A DNA stretch of 64,000 nt from contig MU053594.1 in NCBI GenBank assembly GCA_013239625.1, forward strand, positions 1,024,536 to 1,088,535, read 5' to 3'. The stretch's first letter is position 1. Each line of letters opens with the position of its first letter. Position numbers and translations under genes: made by a program. Shown in pieces: positions 12,381 to 26,355 of this stretch. Source of the stretch: Lama guanicoe. Its lineage: Eukaryota. Under the pieces are notes generated by a model. It was not told the origin of the DNA, did no database searches, and worked only from the letters and a program-made list of their open reading frames with translations.

Positions 12381-13230
12381 TTAAAAGAAGTGATTCAGTT
12401 ATACATACATATATGTATATGTCTTTTTTTTTTAATTCTTTTCCATTATATGTTATTGCAAGATATTGAATATAGTTCCTGGTGCTATACGGTAAATCCT
12501 TGTTATTTATCTATTTTATATATGGTAGTGTGCATCTGTTAACCTCATACTCCTAATTTATCCCTCCCCTATGCTTCCCCTTTGGGAAGTGTGTTTTCTA
12601 AGTCTGTGGGTCTGCTTCAGTTTTGTAAATAAGCTCATATGTACTATTTTTACATAAGACATATAAATGATCTTTGTCTTTGCCTTACTTCACTTAGTAT
12701 AATAATCTCTAGGTCTATCCATGTTGCTGCAAACAGCAATATTTCACTTTTTCATGGCTAAGTAATATTTCACTGTGTATAGATAACACATCTTTTTTAT
12801 CTAGTCATCTATTGATGGTCACTTAGGTTGCCACCATATCTTGGCTGTTGTAAATAGTGCTGCTATGAACACTGGAGTGCATGTATCTTTTCAAATTAGA
12901 GTTTTCTCCAGATATATGTCCAGGAGTGGGATTGCTGGATTGTATGTTAACTCTGTTTTTAGTTTTTTCAGAATCTTCGTACTGTTTTTCCATAGTGGCA
13001 GCACCAATTTACATTCCCACCCACCGTGCAATAGGGTGCCTCTTTCTGCACACCCTCTCCAGCATTTATGACTTGTAGACTTTTTGATGATGGCCATTCT
13101 GACTGGTGAGAGGTGACACCTCATTGTAGCTTTGATTTGTGATTTCTCTAATAATTAGGGAGGTTGAGCATCTCTGCATGCGCCTGTTGGCCATCTGTGT
13201 GTCTTCTTTGGAGAGATGTCTATTTAGGTC
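12381..13230 (-). mobile_element. 5'-truncated L1 (ORF2 C-terminus plus 3'UTR)
   Basis: ORF 12891-13124 resembles the L1 ORF2 Cys-rich C-terminus ([12 protein letters not shown]...CWRGC...LPLWK). Imperfect TSD tcagaggtctttt / tcacaggtccttt. Confidence 0.9.
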
Positions 13231-13479
13231 TCACAGGTCCTTTCAAAGCTTATGGATTCACCAGAGGTAGGTGACAGTGGGCAATTTAGAATTCATTCAA
13301 CTAAAGATCTGACCAAAGTTGAACATAAAGAGGTTACTGTATCATTCCTCAATACAACATTTACATTTTCACATGTATTATAATTCAGCAGTGATTCAGT
13401 GTTGACTATGTGCCAAGTGCCAGGATATATTAAAAAAAAAGATGAAGAAGACAAGGTCCCTATCAAGCTCGAGACCCAC

Positions 13480-14800
13480 CAAGCCCTTCTAACTTGGATG
13501 ACAGAAGACAGAGTTTATTTCACCTCCCACTCAAGCCTCCATTGTAATAAGGGGGTGTTATAATATTCGTTATACTAAAGGGATAACGTTACAATAAAGG
13601 GAAAGGGAAGCAAGAAAGCACAAGAGTAAGGAAATGGGAGGGAAACCATCAACAAACAAGGATCATAACAGATCTCAGGTACAAAAGCAGGTAGAACATG
13701 ATACCTAAAGAAGGGGAAAGAAAGTCCAGCAGAAAACACACCTTTGAGGGACTCACAGTCCCCAAAGGGAGGAAGCAGCTGACCTGACTTGCAGACATCC
13801 AGGCAGACTCAGTGTGCAGGCCCGCGAGGCCCTCTGGAGAAGGAGCATGAGATGCAGGGCTGAGGTCACTAAGAGCTAATTAAGAGTGACAGGCCAGACT
13901 GTCTTCTCTTCCCCATCATCTTATCTCTCAGGACTAAATTAACAGGTTTCTGGGCCTCAGGCTACTAGAAAAGGACTTCTCCAAAATAAAGGATATAAAG
14001 CTTCTTGTTGCAATGACCCATCAAGTAATCAGAAAATGAACTTTGAGGGTCCACACGTAGACGCATTGTGTTAGAATGTTCAGCACAAGAGCGGAGAAGG
14101 AAAGATCCTATAGGCTTTCAAGGAGAAAATGAAGACACCTACAGAAAATGAAGTATCAGATTGGCATTAGACTTCTCACTAGACTCAAGAAGGCTAAAAG
14201 ATAACAAGAGATGCCTTCTAGTTCCAATGGGAAAATTATTTCCAGCCTGAAGTCGTATCTAGTCAACCTTGTGATCAACAGGATGGCATAAAAACATCAC
14301 CAGACACGCGTGGGCAGAATAAAGATGCTGTTAGAAATGCATGGACTAATAATGCAGAAAGTTTACCCTTCCTTCACCCTTTCTCAGGAAATGATTTGAA
14401 AATGCGCTCAAACAAAGCTAGATGGTAAATAAGGAACAACAAAAAAAGGCATTAAATTCCAAAAACTGGTTTTGCCCAAGAAGAGCAATGAAAGGACATC
14501 CTGAGGCTACAGGTGTGTGGCCAATCCAAGGTCGACCAACCCAGAGGGAAGCGGCAGGGGCCAGGGGAGTTGAGGATACCTCTTCACACATAGGATTCCT
14601 TCAGACTTGGAGACGCTGCAGAAGCTTAATACGGTGATGAAAGCAGACAATGCAAAAAACAAAAAAAAAATGCAGAAACTTGAGGAAATCTCTATAGCAA
14701 AAGATATATAACCACAATACTCCACTTGACTCCTCAGTGAATTGTTTGCTTGGTCATCATCACGTAAAAAATTTTTATTGATTTTTCAACTTTAAAATGT
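13480..14800 (+). mobile_element. Ancient L1ME/HAL1-like remnant
   Basis: atcagattggcattagacttctca...ggaaaattatttccagcctgaagtcgtatctagtcaa is typical of the old L1 ORF1 3' region. Boundaries approximate. Confidence 0.5.
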
Positions 14801-16111
14801 AAGCTATGAAGAAATCACTGAAGATGTAATTATGGGTAAAGAAAAGCCAGGCAGTGTTAACCACATTGAGAGTGTAGAAGACAATGGACAGATACCAAAG
14901 GTTGGGAGAAGAAAGATAACGGGGGTGAGGAGCTAAAGGTGCTATTAACCTCCATCCATAGTTAACAACACAGAAAGTTGTCAGTTGACCAACAGTTGAC
15001 CGCTTAAAGTTAAGAATTTAACCAACCAAGGATTACAGTGACGGGCCTGCTTCTGGAAGACGGAAGCAGCATGAGCCAGGATGATGGTAGAAAGATGCTC
15101 TCCTTTTATCACAGCAGGTCGTCAATAAATAATGACTATAATTGATCAACCAGGACAGAGCAGTATAAATTTATATAAAAAGGAAGGTACGCATTTGTGT
15201 GTTTGCTTATACAGCAATATGGAGAATTTTCTAGAAGAGACAAGAGTTAGCTGATTTTTCTGATTCTTCTCATTGGGGAGATTCTAAGGTATAGGACTAA
15301 AGGTGAGAAGGTTTTTCACTATATACATCTTTATACTTTTCACTTTTGAACTATGTGAAATCAATTACCTTTTCAAACAACGAAATGTGTTAACATTTAA
15401 AACATGCAAGTATATTAATTAGCAATATGGAGTCAACCACACCAAAGAAACAATTAAAAAATATAAAAGTGGTTCCTTTTACAGATGGAGGTTAGTCATC
15501 AGGGAATGAGGGCTTTTCATTACAAATTCACCTGCACAATACTTTTTTAAAAGCAATTTGTGCATATCAATTTTCATTAAAAATTTAAATGAACAAAAAT
15601 AAAAATCTCAGATGGAGAAAAAGGCTTCTTTGAGAAGTCTTTCAGAGGAAGCAGTTGTCACATAATAATACAAATAATGAATCATCGCTTACAATCCCCC
15701 TTTCCCACTTCTCCATGGCTTCTTTATCCCTACCCCTCCCAAGAGAGTTTCATAATTATGATATGATTGCCATAAAAGATCCTCTAATATTAAAAATAAT
15801 ACAGAAATATATTTCATGTGTTAAAGGCTTAAGAAAAGTTAACTAAAATGAATTATTCTCCCTTAAAACTTTTATAAATGAGGCAACAAACAGATGTAAA
15901 CCATTACATTACTCATCATTATAAGAAATGAAAACTTACAATGACTTTATCAGTTTGTACAGGCTATGTACTGTGAATCATAATTACACATAATCACTAA
16001 TTGATGACACTTCAAAATATGCCTAAAATTATTACCAAAAATATTTTTTCATACAAACATAAACTTTAAAAATACTCATATTGGGGGTAAAATTAAGACT
16101 CAGGAGTCTCT

Positions 16112-17283
16112 TATTAAGTTGTGTGAGCTGTTTGTATATTCTGGAAGTTAACCCCTTGTCAGTCTCATCTTTTGCAAATATTTTTCTCCCATTCTGTAGG
16201 TTGTCTTTTTGTTTTGCTTAGGGTTTCCTTTGCTGTGCAAAAGCTTATAAGTTGAATTAGGTCCTATTTGTTTATTTTTGCTTTTATTTCTATTGCTTGG
16301 GTAGACTGCCCTAGTTAAAAAACAAACAATCCTATTCAAAAATGGGCAGAAGACCTAAACAAGCAATCCTCCAATGAAGACATACAAACGGCCAACAGGC
16401 ACATGAAAAAATGCTCAATATCGCTAATTACAAAGAGAAATGCAAATCAAAACTACAATGAGGTAGCACCCCCCACCAGTCAGAATGGCCATCATTCAAA
16501 AGTCCACAAATGATAAATGTTACAGAGGCTGCAGAGAAAAAAGGGAACCCTTCTACACTGTTGGTGGGAATGTAGTTTGGTGCAGCCATTATGGAAAACA
16601 GTATGGAGATTCCTCAAAAGACTGAAAATAGACTTACCGTATGACCCAGCAATCTCACTCCTGGGCATATATCTGGAGGGAACTCTAATTCGAAAAGATA
16701 CAAGCACCCCAATGTTCATAGCAGCTCTATTTACAATAGCCAAGACATGGAAACAACCTAATATCCACTGACAGATGACTGGATAAAGAAGAAGTGGTAT
16801 ATTTTATACAATGGAATACTACTAAGACATGAAAAAGAATAAAATAATGCCATTTGCAACAACATGGATGGACCTGGACAATGTCATTCTAAGTGAAGTA
16901 AGCCAGAGAAGGAAAGAAATCTACCATATGATATCGCTCATTTGTGGAATCTTAAAAAAAAAAAGCCAAACTTACTTATAAAACAGAAACAGACTCACAA
17001 ATATAGAAAACAAACTTATGGTTACCACTGAGGGAACGGGGCGGGAAGGGATTAATTGGGAGTTCAAGATTTGCAGATATAACTACTCTATATAAACCAG
17101 ATTAACAAGTTTATATTGTACAGCACAGGGAACCATATTCAATATCTTATAGTAACTTGTGAAAAAGAATATGAAAATGGATATATGTATGTTCATGTAT
17201 GACTGAAGCATTGTGCTGTGCATCAGAAATTGACACAACATTGTAAACTGACTATACTTCAATAAAAATATGTATTAAAAAAA
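16112..17283 (+). mobile_element. L1 insertion with 5' inversion (twin priming) and 17-bp TSD
   Basis: 16112-~16314 is L1 ORF2 in minus orientation. ~16317-17283 is the ORF2 end, 3'UTR and A-tail in plus orientation. TSD aagactca(g/a)gagtctct at 16095-16111 and 17284-17300. Confidence 0.93.
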
Positions 17284-18297
17284 AAGACTCAAGAGTCTCT
17301 ACAAAATGAGCTGTGTTAATCTGGCCAAGTCATCTGTCCTCTATCCCTGCTTCACCTTTGTTCCTCAGCTATAAAATAAGTTAGAAAAACTCAGTAATCT
17401 TTAAAATCCCTGCCAGCCACAGTCATTTTTCTGTGTGTTTGTTTTAACTTTCAGGTAATTTTCTACAGAAAAATTAATAGCAAAGAATCAATTAGTGGAT
17501 ATAACTGTTAATGTCCAGACATGGTAAGAGTCTGACCATTTGTTATCTGTCAGCCAGATCATATTGTCCACCCTGAGTGAGGTGACTGAGGCTTTTTGCT
17601 CAGTCAGTCATCTGATGTGTACGGTGGGTGGCAGACTGAGGAAACAGCAAAGCACAGTTCCCATCCTCAAACTGTCCACAGTGTGGCGGGGGAGTCACCA
17701 ATAAACACGAACAGTGCAATGTTGAAAAGTGCTCTGGTAGCATTAAGTCTCTGGTGCTAATGGAACACAAAGAGCAGAGTAATTAACTCTGCGAAAGGTT
17801 GTGAAAAGAGGATAGGGAAGGAGAAAGAGAATCATGAAACACCTTTTAGGATCCAAGTGTGAATTATGCTTGTTTTAATTTTTGTTAAATTTCATCATGT
17901 TAATTTTATCTCTTTAAATCCAGACGATTGAGATATTGAATCTTGATCCTATTAGCCATCATTTAACTCTTGATCCCAATCTATGCCACTTACATGGATT
18001 TCCATCTAAAATACTGATTTAAAAGTTGAAAGAGAAAGTACAGGAGAGTCCTGCCAAATGCAGGACCAACTGGGTCATTTCCTCCAAGCTGATGATGGGT
18101 ATGGTCATTTGACTAATATTTGCACCTAGTTTATATTTTTCTCCATTTGACTATCATAATAAACCAATGTAAACTTCATCTCCAGTCAAGAAATTGAGAA
18201 AGAATGAAAATTAAGGTCTGACACAGATTTTTCATAGCAAGCTTATACGAGATGCCAGACCTCTCCTCTGGGCTCACATATGACATGCCCAATTCTT

Positions 18298-18675
18298 TTT
18301 CATTTTTTAAAATTGAAGTATAGTTGATTTACAATGTTGTGTTAGTTTCTGGAGTACCATATAGTAGATTAAGTTATACATATAAATTTTATTTCATACT
18401 CTTTTAATTATGGGTCATTGCAAGATATTGAATATAGTTCCCCGAGCTATAGATTAGAACTTTGTTGTTTATCTATTTTACATATAGTAGTTTGTATCTG
18501 CTAATCCCAAACTCCTTATTTATCCCTCCCCCACCACCTTTCCTCTTTGGAAACTGTAAGTTTGCTTCCTGTGTCTATGAGTTTGATTCTGTTTTGTAAA
18601 TAAGTTCATTTGTGTCACTTTTTTAGATTCCACATATAAGCGATATCATACGATATCTTTCTTTCTCTGTATGGC
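18298..18675 (-). mobile_element. L1 3'UTR fragment
   Basis: aattgaagtatagttgatttacaatg...tagattccacatataagcgatatcatac. Confidence 0.88.
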
Positions 18676-19229
18676 TTCTTAAAATATTCTTAAAACTTGT
18701 CTAAGTTGGATATTAAGTTTACCAGTCAGAAGTAGTATATAGAATCCACCATCTTTTCATTTGAAAAAAAAAATCAACATTTTTGTTCAGATTTCCCAAG
18801 GCTGTTTTCTGGAGCTGTTGAAGAATCTTATTTACAAGTTCTCCCAATCCTGGAATATGCTTTCATTAACGCCAGGGGATTTGAAATCAATTAAAGCTGA
18901 ATAATTTCTCATCTATCAGCTATGTTATTCACCATCAGCACTAAAAGATAAAAATCCCAACCAGAAATTGGTACGGACTGAAAACAAACGTCATTAAAAT
19001 GGAGCCAAAGCAAATGGATAAAAAAGAGAGTCAGAATGCAGGCTGGAGCGTGATGGAAAAATGGCAGCTCTGTGGTTTTACTTTTTTGGAAATACACAAA
19101 ACAGCAATTTGCTTAGATGACTCAGTAACCATTTTTACCAGACATTACTTAAAAAAACTGCCTATCCCGAGAGTGTGGCTAGGCTCTGTCCTCTGTCCTC
19201 TCTGCTTCTCTCTCTGAATGGATTCACAC

Positions 19230-19870
19230 TCTGAGACCCACCTGCTATTTCAATGACTGCTGATCTGAGTCTCTAACCTGATCTCTCCTAAGAACCCTGA
19301 GCTTCATCTCCACCTGTCTACTCGGCTTTCCTTCCTAGACAGTCCACTGTAACCTCAGGGTGAACTTGCCCCAAGCCAAACTATCACCTTCTGAAAAAAT
19401 TAAAAGTCCCCTCTTCCCCTCCCCCATTTCTGTTGCTAGTGCCATTCATTCTTCCTGTCACCCTAAGCCTGAAACCTAAATCATCGCTACTCTTCCCTCT
19501 AGTCCGTATCCAAATCAGCCCCCATGTTCATCAGTCTTCCTTTTTAGTGGCTCTTACATAATTCCTTCCTTTAATTTGTCCAATCAAAACCCAAATTCCA
19601 CCTTCTATCACCTCATACAGCCTCTCCTCTCCCCACTGTAATCTCTCCCAGCTTCCAGAAGAAAAGTAACAGATTCATCTCCCCAAAACACACTCATATC
19701 ACACACTCCCTGGCTCGAGGGCTTCAAATGACCAACGACCTCACAACTTCCCATCTGATGACCAAGGTCACCTTCAAAACCTTTAACCTTCAAAACCATC
19801 ATTCTTGTTTATTCACTGTCACCAAACCTTTGTGCCTGTACTCACAGCTGGAATGCTTACTACAATCCCA
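19230..19870 (+). mobile_element. L2 remnant
   Basis: Pyrimidine-rich L2 ORF2-type sequence (ctccacctgtctactc, ccaaactatcaccttc, cccatttctgtt, cctgaaaccta). Confidence 0.55.
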
Positions 19871-20049
19871 CTCAGTAACATCTACTTAAATCCTTTAAAT
19901 CCTACCTCGCAAAGGCACAAATAGATGTAAACACAGGAATGAATGAGTCTACCTACAGGGGACTTAGAATGAAACTGAGTCCAGAGGGAGCTTCCTAGGC
20001 AGAGGATATGAAGACTTGCATCATGCTTAAACAGCTTATTAAAAATGCA

Positions 20050-20505
20050 TGTATACAATGGAATACTACTCAGCCATAAAAAAGAATGAAATACTGCCAT
20101 TTGTAGCAACATGGATGGACCTAGAGATGATCATACTAAGTGAAGTAAGTCAGACAGAGAAAGTCAAATATCATATGATGTAACTTACATGTGGAATCTA
20201 AAAAAATGACCCAAATGCACTTATTTACAAAACAGAAACTGACTCACAGACATGGAAAACAAACTTATGGTTACCAAAGGGGAAAGGATAAATTAGGAGT
20301 TTGGCATTAGCATATACAAACTACTATATATAAAATAAACAAACAACAAGGTCCTAATGTATAGCACAGGGAACTATACTCAATAGCTTGCAACATCCTA
20401 TAATGAAAAGAATATGGAGATATATATATATAAAAACTGAATGACTATGCTGTATACCAGAAACAAACACAATATTGAAAATCAACTATACTTTGATAAA
20501 ATATA
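20050..20505 (+). mobile_element. L1 3'UTR fragment
   Basis: acaatggaatactactcagccataaaaaagaatgaaatactgccatttg...aatcaactatactt followed by an A-rich tail. Confidence 0.9.
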
Positions 20506-20765
20506 AAAAGAAAGCATCTCAATTTCTAATCAGATTAAGTTACAAATCTCTTTTAGAGAAAAAACATTCTATCACAGGTTATATCATAAAAGGTTACATC
20601 ATATGTCTGAAGAAGACTTGACCATATTCTTCAATAAATATTAAAGTCACTCTAAAAAATAAGCATCACGAAATGGGAGTCAACTAATTTCATTACAATT
20701 CAAATAACCTTTGATCTTTAACCTCTATCTATATGTCTAAGATGTCTTATTTTCAAAGACGTTTC

Positions 20766-21065
20766 TTTTTTTTTAATGAAGTATAGTTGCTGTGTAATTA
20801 TTATATGTTACAGGTGTACAATATAGTGATTCACATTTTTTACAGATTATATTCCATTTACAATTATTATAAAATATTGGCTATATTCTCCATGCTGTAC
20901 AGTATATCCTTGTAGAATATTTTATACCCAATAGTTTATACCTCTTATTCCACTACCCCTATCTTGCCCCTCTCCCCTCCCCTCTTCCTACTGGTAATCA
21001 ATCACTAGTTTGTTTTCTGTATCTGTGAGTCTGCTTCTTTTTTGTGATACTCACTAGTTTGTTTA
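20766..21065 (-). mobile_element. L1 3'UTR fragment
   Basis: Poly-T then aatgaagtatagttg...ctgtgagtctgcttcttttttg. Confidence 0.85.
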
Positions 21066-21329
21066 GGAGCTGTGTTTTAAAGAAATAGTTATAAATAAGA
21101 TGAACTTTCAAAGATTCTTCAAATCCTCAATTCCCCAGGGGTTAACAATCTCAAGTGTCTCCTCTAAACGATCGTGGGCAAGGTAGAGCCAGACACGGCT
21201 CTTTAAAAGCATCCTGGAGGAAAACTCACAAGCTAACTAGAGTGGTTCCAGTGAGCACAAGACTACTAGCAAAAATTTCTTCTTTTAGTGAAAAGGCTGT
21301 CCTATCAGAAATTCCCCACCCGTGTTATA

Positions 21330-21379
21330 GAAAACAACATTGTGTTTGCCGAAAACAACATTGTGTTTTCCAAAAACAA
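21330..21379. repeat. 21-bp tandem repeat, ~2.4 copies
   Basis: gaaaacaacattgtgtttgcc / gaaaacaacattgtgttttcc / aaaaacaa. Confidence 0.9.
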
Positions 21380-22599
21380 TGAATGCCAGCTAAGAATTAT
21401 TTAACCATCTTCATATTAATCACTACAGCATCATCTAATTAATATTTCATTTATGATCCCCGAGGAAGTATCACATGCCAGGAAATACATCTTAAATCCA
21501 TCTTAGCCTAGCTCTAAAATGCAATGATGTGTAGCTTTATGATTTCAAGGCCTAAAAACAAGCGAACACCTTCCTTTTACAATTCATGAATGAGATGCTA
21601 TAAAATGCTGGAAAACACATCATTCCATTTTTCTCTATACACAAAGAATCCATGATCAACTATAAACTATCAAAATGGGGGAGGTGGAGATTGACAACGG
21701 ATGCACACAGCACACGACAGTAACACAGGGTATGGCGAAGCTACAGTATGTGGGAGGGATGATTCTCTTGCGTCTTCCACTACCCTGAGTACCAGCTCCA
21801 CAAAACAAAAGGAAAATCTACCCCTGTCAAAGAGGAGATAAATAGAACACACACATTTCTCCCTTCCTAGAAGACAGACGCACATGTATTCAGGTGCTAA
21901 GAATATTCCTTTGTGCCTGGGGTAATCCTAGCATGCTCATACCGAACAGCCCCTTCAAGAATATCCAAATAAAATTATTTTAACTGTTCTCATTACAATG
22001 TAATGCACATAACCGAAAAGTTAACAAGAATGAAGGATAAATATTAACAAATACTAGGATTTACTAGGATTAAAGTAAACCTTCTTGGTTACAAGTGAAC
22101 AAATGGTTAATGCAATTAAGGATCTTACATGACTAAAAAGCAGAATTTCCACACAGAGGTATCAGTAACCACGATGAACATCTTTGTTTTTGGACTGATA
22201 CCTTATCAACCAATGAAAACTAGTAAAGAGACTGAAAATGTCTGACTCTCCTCCGTCTCGAGGGCTCCAATTTGATCCCCATTTCCTAGCTTGAAATTTA
22301 CCTTAAAAGTACTGAAGATGCTGCTCTTTTAATAAATATTAAATAACAGCACTCTGATCATTTAAAAACCTCATGTGAGTCAAGTGCATGTGAACTTTTT
22401 TACAAACTTTAGAAGTCCTGTGTATAAATACTAATAAGTTATGACATTCACTATCAACGGTTTTCTCTTGGAACCAAGGAGGGCTTTTTGGTTTCTTGAC
22501 TGGCTGTCATCTGATTTCCATGTCATTGGTCATGCAGTTGATTCAAATTAATCCTTTAAGACACTTAAAACCATTACCAATTTTTCTGCATTCATGTAG

Positions 22600-24280
22600 T
22601 CACTCACTCAACACGCGTTCATTGAGCACCTACTGTGTATGGGGCACTGTGCTACTGTGGAGAATAAAATGAAAACCAAGACGTGTGTGGTAACTACAGA
22701 AAGGCTGGTTGGATGAGACTAAGAATTAAGCAAACAAGCAATTATAGCACAATATATAAGTGCTATGATACATATGCTGGGAGAAGTATGGGAGCCCACG
22801 GAAGGAGGCAGCACCTAATCAAGACTTGACAGGTCAGAGGATACTTTCTTAGATGAAGCGACAGAGAAGCAGAGAACCAAAGAGGTCAAAAAGGATTTGC
22901 AAGGCAAAGAGAAAATGGAGATCTCCTGCAGAGGGAACAGCCTAGCATCAAGGCATGGAAGTAAGGAAGAGCATGGCTGTAGGTAGCCATGCTACAGCCT
23001 ACAGCCACAGGTTGCAGAGATAAACTCAAGTCTGATTATAAAGGACCTTGGATGCTGCATGAGGGAGGAGGGATCGGATCCTGAGAGGAGTATGCAGCTA
23101 GTGTTTCCGAGAACTGGGTGGGAGAGGTCACTTCATTGGGACACTCTAGTTAGGCTATGGTAACTGCACCAGGACAGCAGATCTCAAAGAATGGTGCTCA
23201 GATCAACAGCCTCAGGAACCCCTGGGAACACGTTAGAAATGTAAACCCTTGGGCACTGCCCCACCTCCAGACCTAGAGAGTCAGATACTGTGGGGATGGG
23301 GCCCAGCAACCTGTATTTTGACAAGCTTTCCAGGTGATTCTGATGCATGTAGGAATAGAGGGGGCAACAAACTAGGAAGTAGATGGGACTGGCCAGAGAA
23401 AGGGTTAAGAGATAAGAGAAGAGGGTCGAGGACAACCCTGAGCTAGGAAAAATAAGACTGAGGAGGGAGCAGCCAGAGTGCTAAGAGGAAAGTCAGGGGA
23501 ACGTGGAGCTATGGTGGCCAAAGGCAGGCACACACAGGGTCAAGTCTGTTGAGAGGTCAAGCAAGACAAGGGCTGAAAGCATCTCTCTTCAGGTTAGTAA
23601 TGAGAAGGTCATGGGTGACTTTGGCAAGAATGTGTTAGTCGGGTGGTGGGGCTTGAAGCCAGACTGTGAAGAGTTCAGAGATGGAATAGTAGCTGGAGAG
23701 GCCAGGAGATGGAGAGTATTTTTAAGGAGAGGAAGACTTGGTCATATTTAAATGATAATTAAAGGAGCTGGTGGAGGGAATCATTGAAGAATGAACTCTC
23801 TGAAAGTACAGGAGGGGATGTGAGCTAGTAAGCAGGTATCAGGAATTAACCTTGGACCAAACCAGATTCACCCCGGCCACTGCCACAACACGAAGAGGCA
23901 AAGATGGGTGTGGACACGGGTATACGCGTAGGTTTGGGAAGACAATGCTCATCATAAGAGGAAAGGTCATGAGAGTGAGGGGTAGGGGGAGTAGTGAGAA
24001 GATATTTAGAGTCTAGACAGGGCCCGCCTTAGATGGGGGCAGGGCAGAAAGCTGGGAATGAGCTGGGAGAGTGAGTCACTGGTCCACCTGAGAGAAGATG
24101 GTGACCTAACCAGTCAGATGGTGGCAGCAGGGATGCAGATAAATATATGGATTACAGAGATGTTGTGGAGGTAGAATTATCAAGAGTTGTCAACTGGTCA
24201 GTTATAGGAAATAAGAGGAATCCTTCGACACATGATGTAGTAGATGGATGGAAGGTGCCCCTGCACTGAGACAGCGAGCA
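22600..24280 (-). mobile_element. L2 remnant(s), interrupted by MER5A
   Basis: cactcaacacgcgttcattgagcacctactgtgt...ggcactgtgct (reverse L2 3' end), with further L2 motifs such as gagaggtcaagcaagacaagg and aggtcatgggtgactttggcaaga. Confidence 0.65.
23180..23350. mobile_element. MER5A-type hAT-Charlie DNA transposon
   Basis: cctgggaacacgttagaaatgtaaa...ccagacct...ggggatggggcccagcaacctgtattttgacaagctttccaggtgattctgatgca. Confidence 0.8.
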
Positions 24281-25769
24281 GCCCTCTTGATTTGTGAAAG
24301 GGGACCTAACACTTCCTTCACATGTGGTCCCTGGAGTGAAAACGCACATAAAGATCACAGTTAAGTACTTAAGCATATGCACAACCAATGGGAGCTGATA
24401 GCAAAGGATTCTTCTCCTCTCCCTTTCTAGCAGAATACTTCGAATAGAATCAGCACTCATATTTCTTGAATGATGATTGACTGAATGGATGAACAAATGA
24501 AAAAGGATGAACACAAACAGAAGTGAACTGTGTATTTCCCCTTCTGCTTCTCCCCGTGCCTAACTTTACAACAAAGATCACAAAATACAATCTGGATAGT
24601 TGACATCAGTAAGCACATCTATTAAGGTATAATAATTGTGATTATGTTCTTAAAAACTTCTTACATTTACGGAGACATACTGAAATATTTATAGATAAAA
24701 TGATGCAATATTCGGGGATTTCCATTAAGTATGGGATGGGAAGGAGGAGTAGAATTTACAGAGGAAATAAAATAGGACCTAAGTTGATAATTATTGTATT
24801 TGGGTTATGGGTCTATGGGATATGGGAATCATTTTAGTCTAATTTTGTGTTTAATTGAAAATCACACAATTTTTTGTTTGTTTTTCCCCCAATCACAGCA
24901 AAGTCAACCCACAACCTCTGGCAGAACACAAGGCCATAAGACATCTCACTGCCATGTAGAAAAAAACAGTATTCAAATCTTCTGGATCACCAGTGAAGAT
25001 ACGACAGTTATTATATTAGAGAATGGCTTGTTATTCTTTATTTATTTTGTGGAATGGGGGTGAAGGCTTTTTTTCATAAAACAGATCTGAAGTATAGATT
25101 GGTATTTTTTAAATGAAGCACATTATCGCTTCTTTACTTCAATACTATCTCCTTGCCTTGGGTTTGATAAAATGTGTATCTGATGCCACTTACTCATCAT
25201 AACACCTGGACGCTCGCAGGCAAGCTAACCTCTGCTGTTCCAGCTCTCCTCCAGTGTGCCAGTCCTTCCCCTCTCTCAACGCAGGGCCTTGCCCACCCTG
25301 TTCGCTCCACCTGGCACGCCCTACTTGCCCCTGTGCCTGGCCACTTCCTCCTCATACTTCAGGTCTCAGTGTTAATTTCATGCTCCCTGAAAGCCTTCCT
25401 GGACCAGGAGACTGTGCTGGGTGCCCCTCCTATGTGCTCTTGTAGCATCGGTGTTTACCCTAATGGTTCTTCTCTCCTTTAGGCTCCTTACCAAAAGGGG
25501 GCACGGGGACTGTGAGCTGGAGGACAGGTGTAGTCCATCCACCAACACCTACCAATTGTCCCTGAACAATGGAATCCGTCTCCTCCCCTCCAGCCCCTCT
25601 GCCAGTGCCTTCCCTCCAGCTCTCACTGCCTGTGCCTGCACCACCCACTGGTCACCAGCACCCAGCCCCTGAGCCAACCTCCACAGGGCCATCCCCTGCT
25701 TAAACTTTTTCAAAGGCTTCTCAATGCCACCTTCTTTAGCTCGTGCCCCATTTTTCTTTCCTTTTGCTT

Positions 25770-26355
25770 TACTAAATAAATATGTAATGTAAAAGTTGTC
25801 ATTTTAATCATTTTAAGTGTACAATTTACCAGCATTAATCATATACATAATGTTGTGCAATCGTCACCACTCTTTCTGAAATTTTTTCAACGCCCCAAAT
25901 AGAAACTCTGTACCCATTAGATAATAACGACCCCCACGCCCAGCCTTGTTAATCTACTTTCTGTCAAGGACAGGGACTGTCTGTCTCTATGGATTTGCCT
26001 GTTCTAGAAATGTCACGTAAGTGGAATCATACAGTATTCGTCCTTTTGTGTCTGGCTTATTTCACTCAGCAAAATGTTTCCAAGGCTCACCCATGTTGTA
26101 GCGTGTATCAGAGCATCACTGCTTTTTGTGGCTGATACTCCCCTGTACATATATACCACATTGTGTTTCTCTCTTCATCTGTTGGTAGATTCTGGGCTGT
26201 TTTCCACTTTTTAGCTATTGTGAATAGTGTTGCTGTGGATGTTGGCATAGACGTATCTGTTTGAGTTTCCATTTTCAATTCTCTTGGGTATACGCCTAGT
26301 CGTAGAGTTGCTGGGTCATGCTGGTAATTTTATGTTTAGCCTTTTGAGAAATTCT
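25770..26355 (-). mobile_element. Older L1 (L1MB-like) 3' fragment
   Basis: ttttaagtgtacaattta...gtggaatcatacagtattcgtccttttgtgtctggcttatttcactcagc. Confidence 0.8.

Noticed and set aside
16517..16771. L1 ORF2-like ORFs (also at 12891, 53605-54851, 56781 and 57281) as active retroelements
   Set aside because: All are 5'-truncated fragments with stops or frameshifts.
17425..17460. Plus-strand recursive-splice-like motif (tttcag|gtaatt) and perfect plus-strand donors at ~3153 and ~5074
   Set aside because: Antisense to the inferred host gene, with no supporting plus-strand gene structure; such motifs occur by chance.
21330..21379. CRISPR-like repeat
   Set aside because: No spacers, only ~2 units, and a mammalian context.
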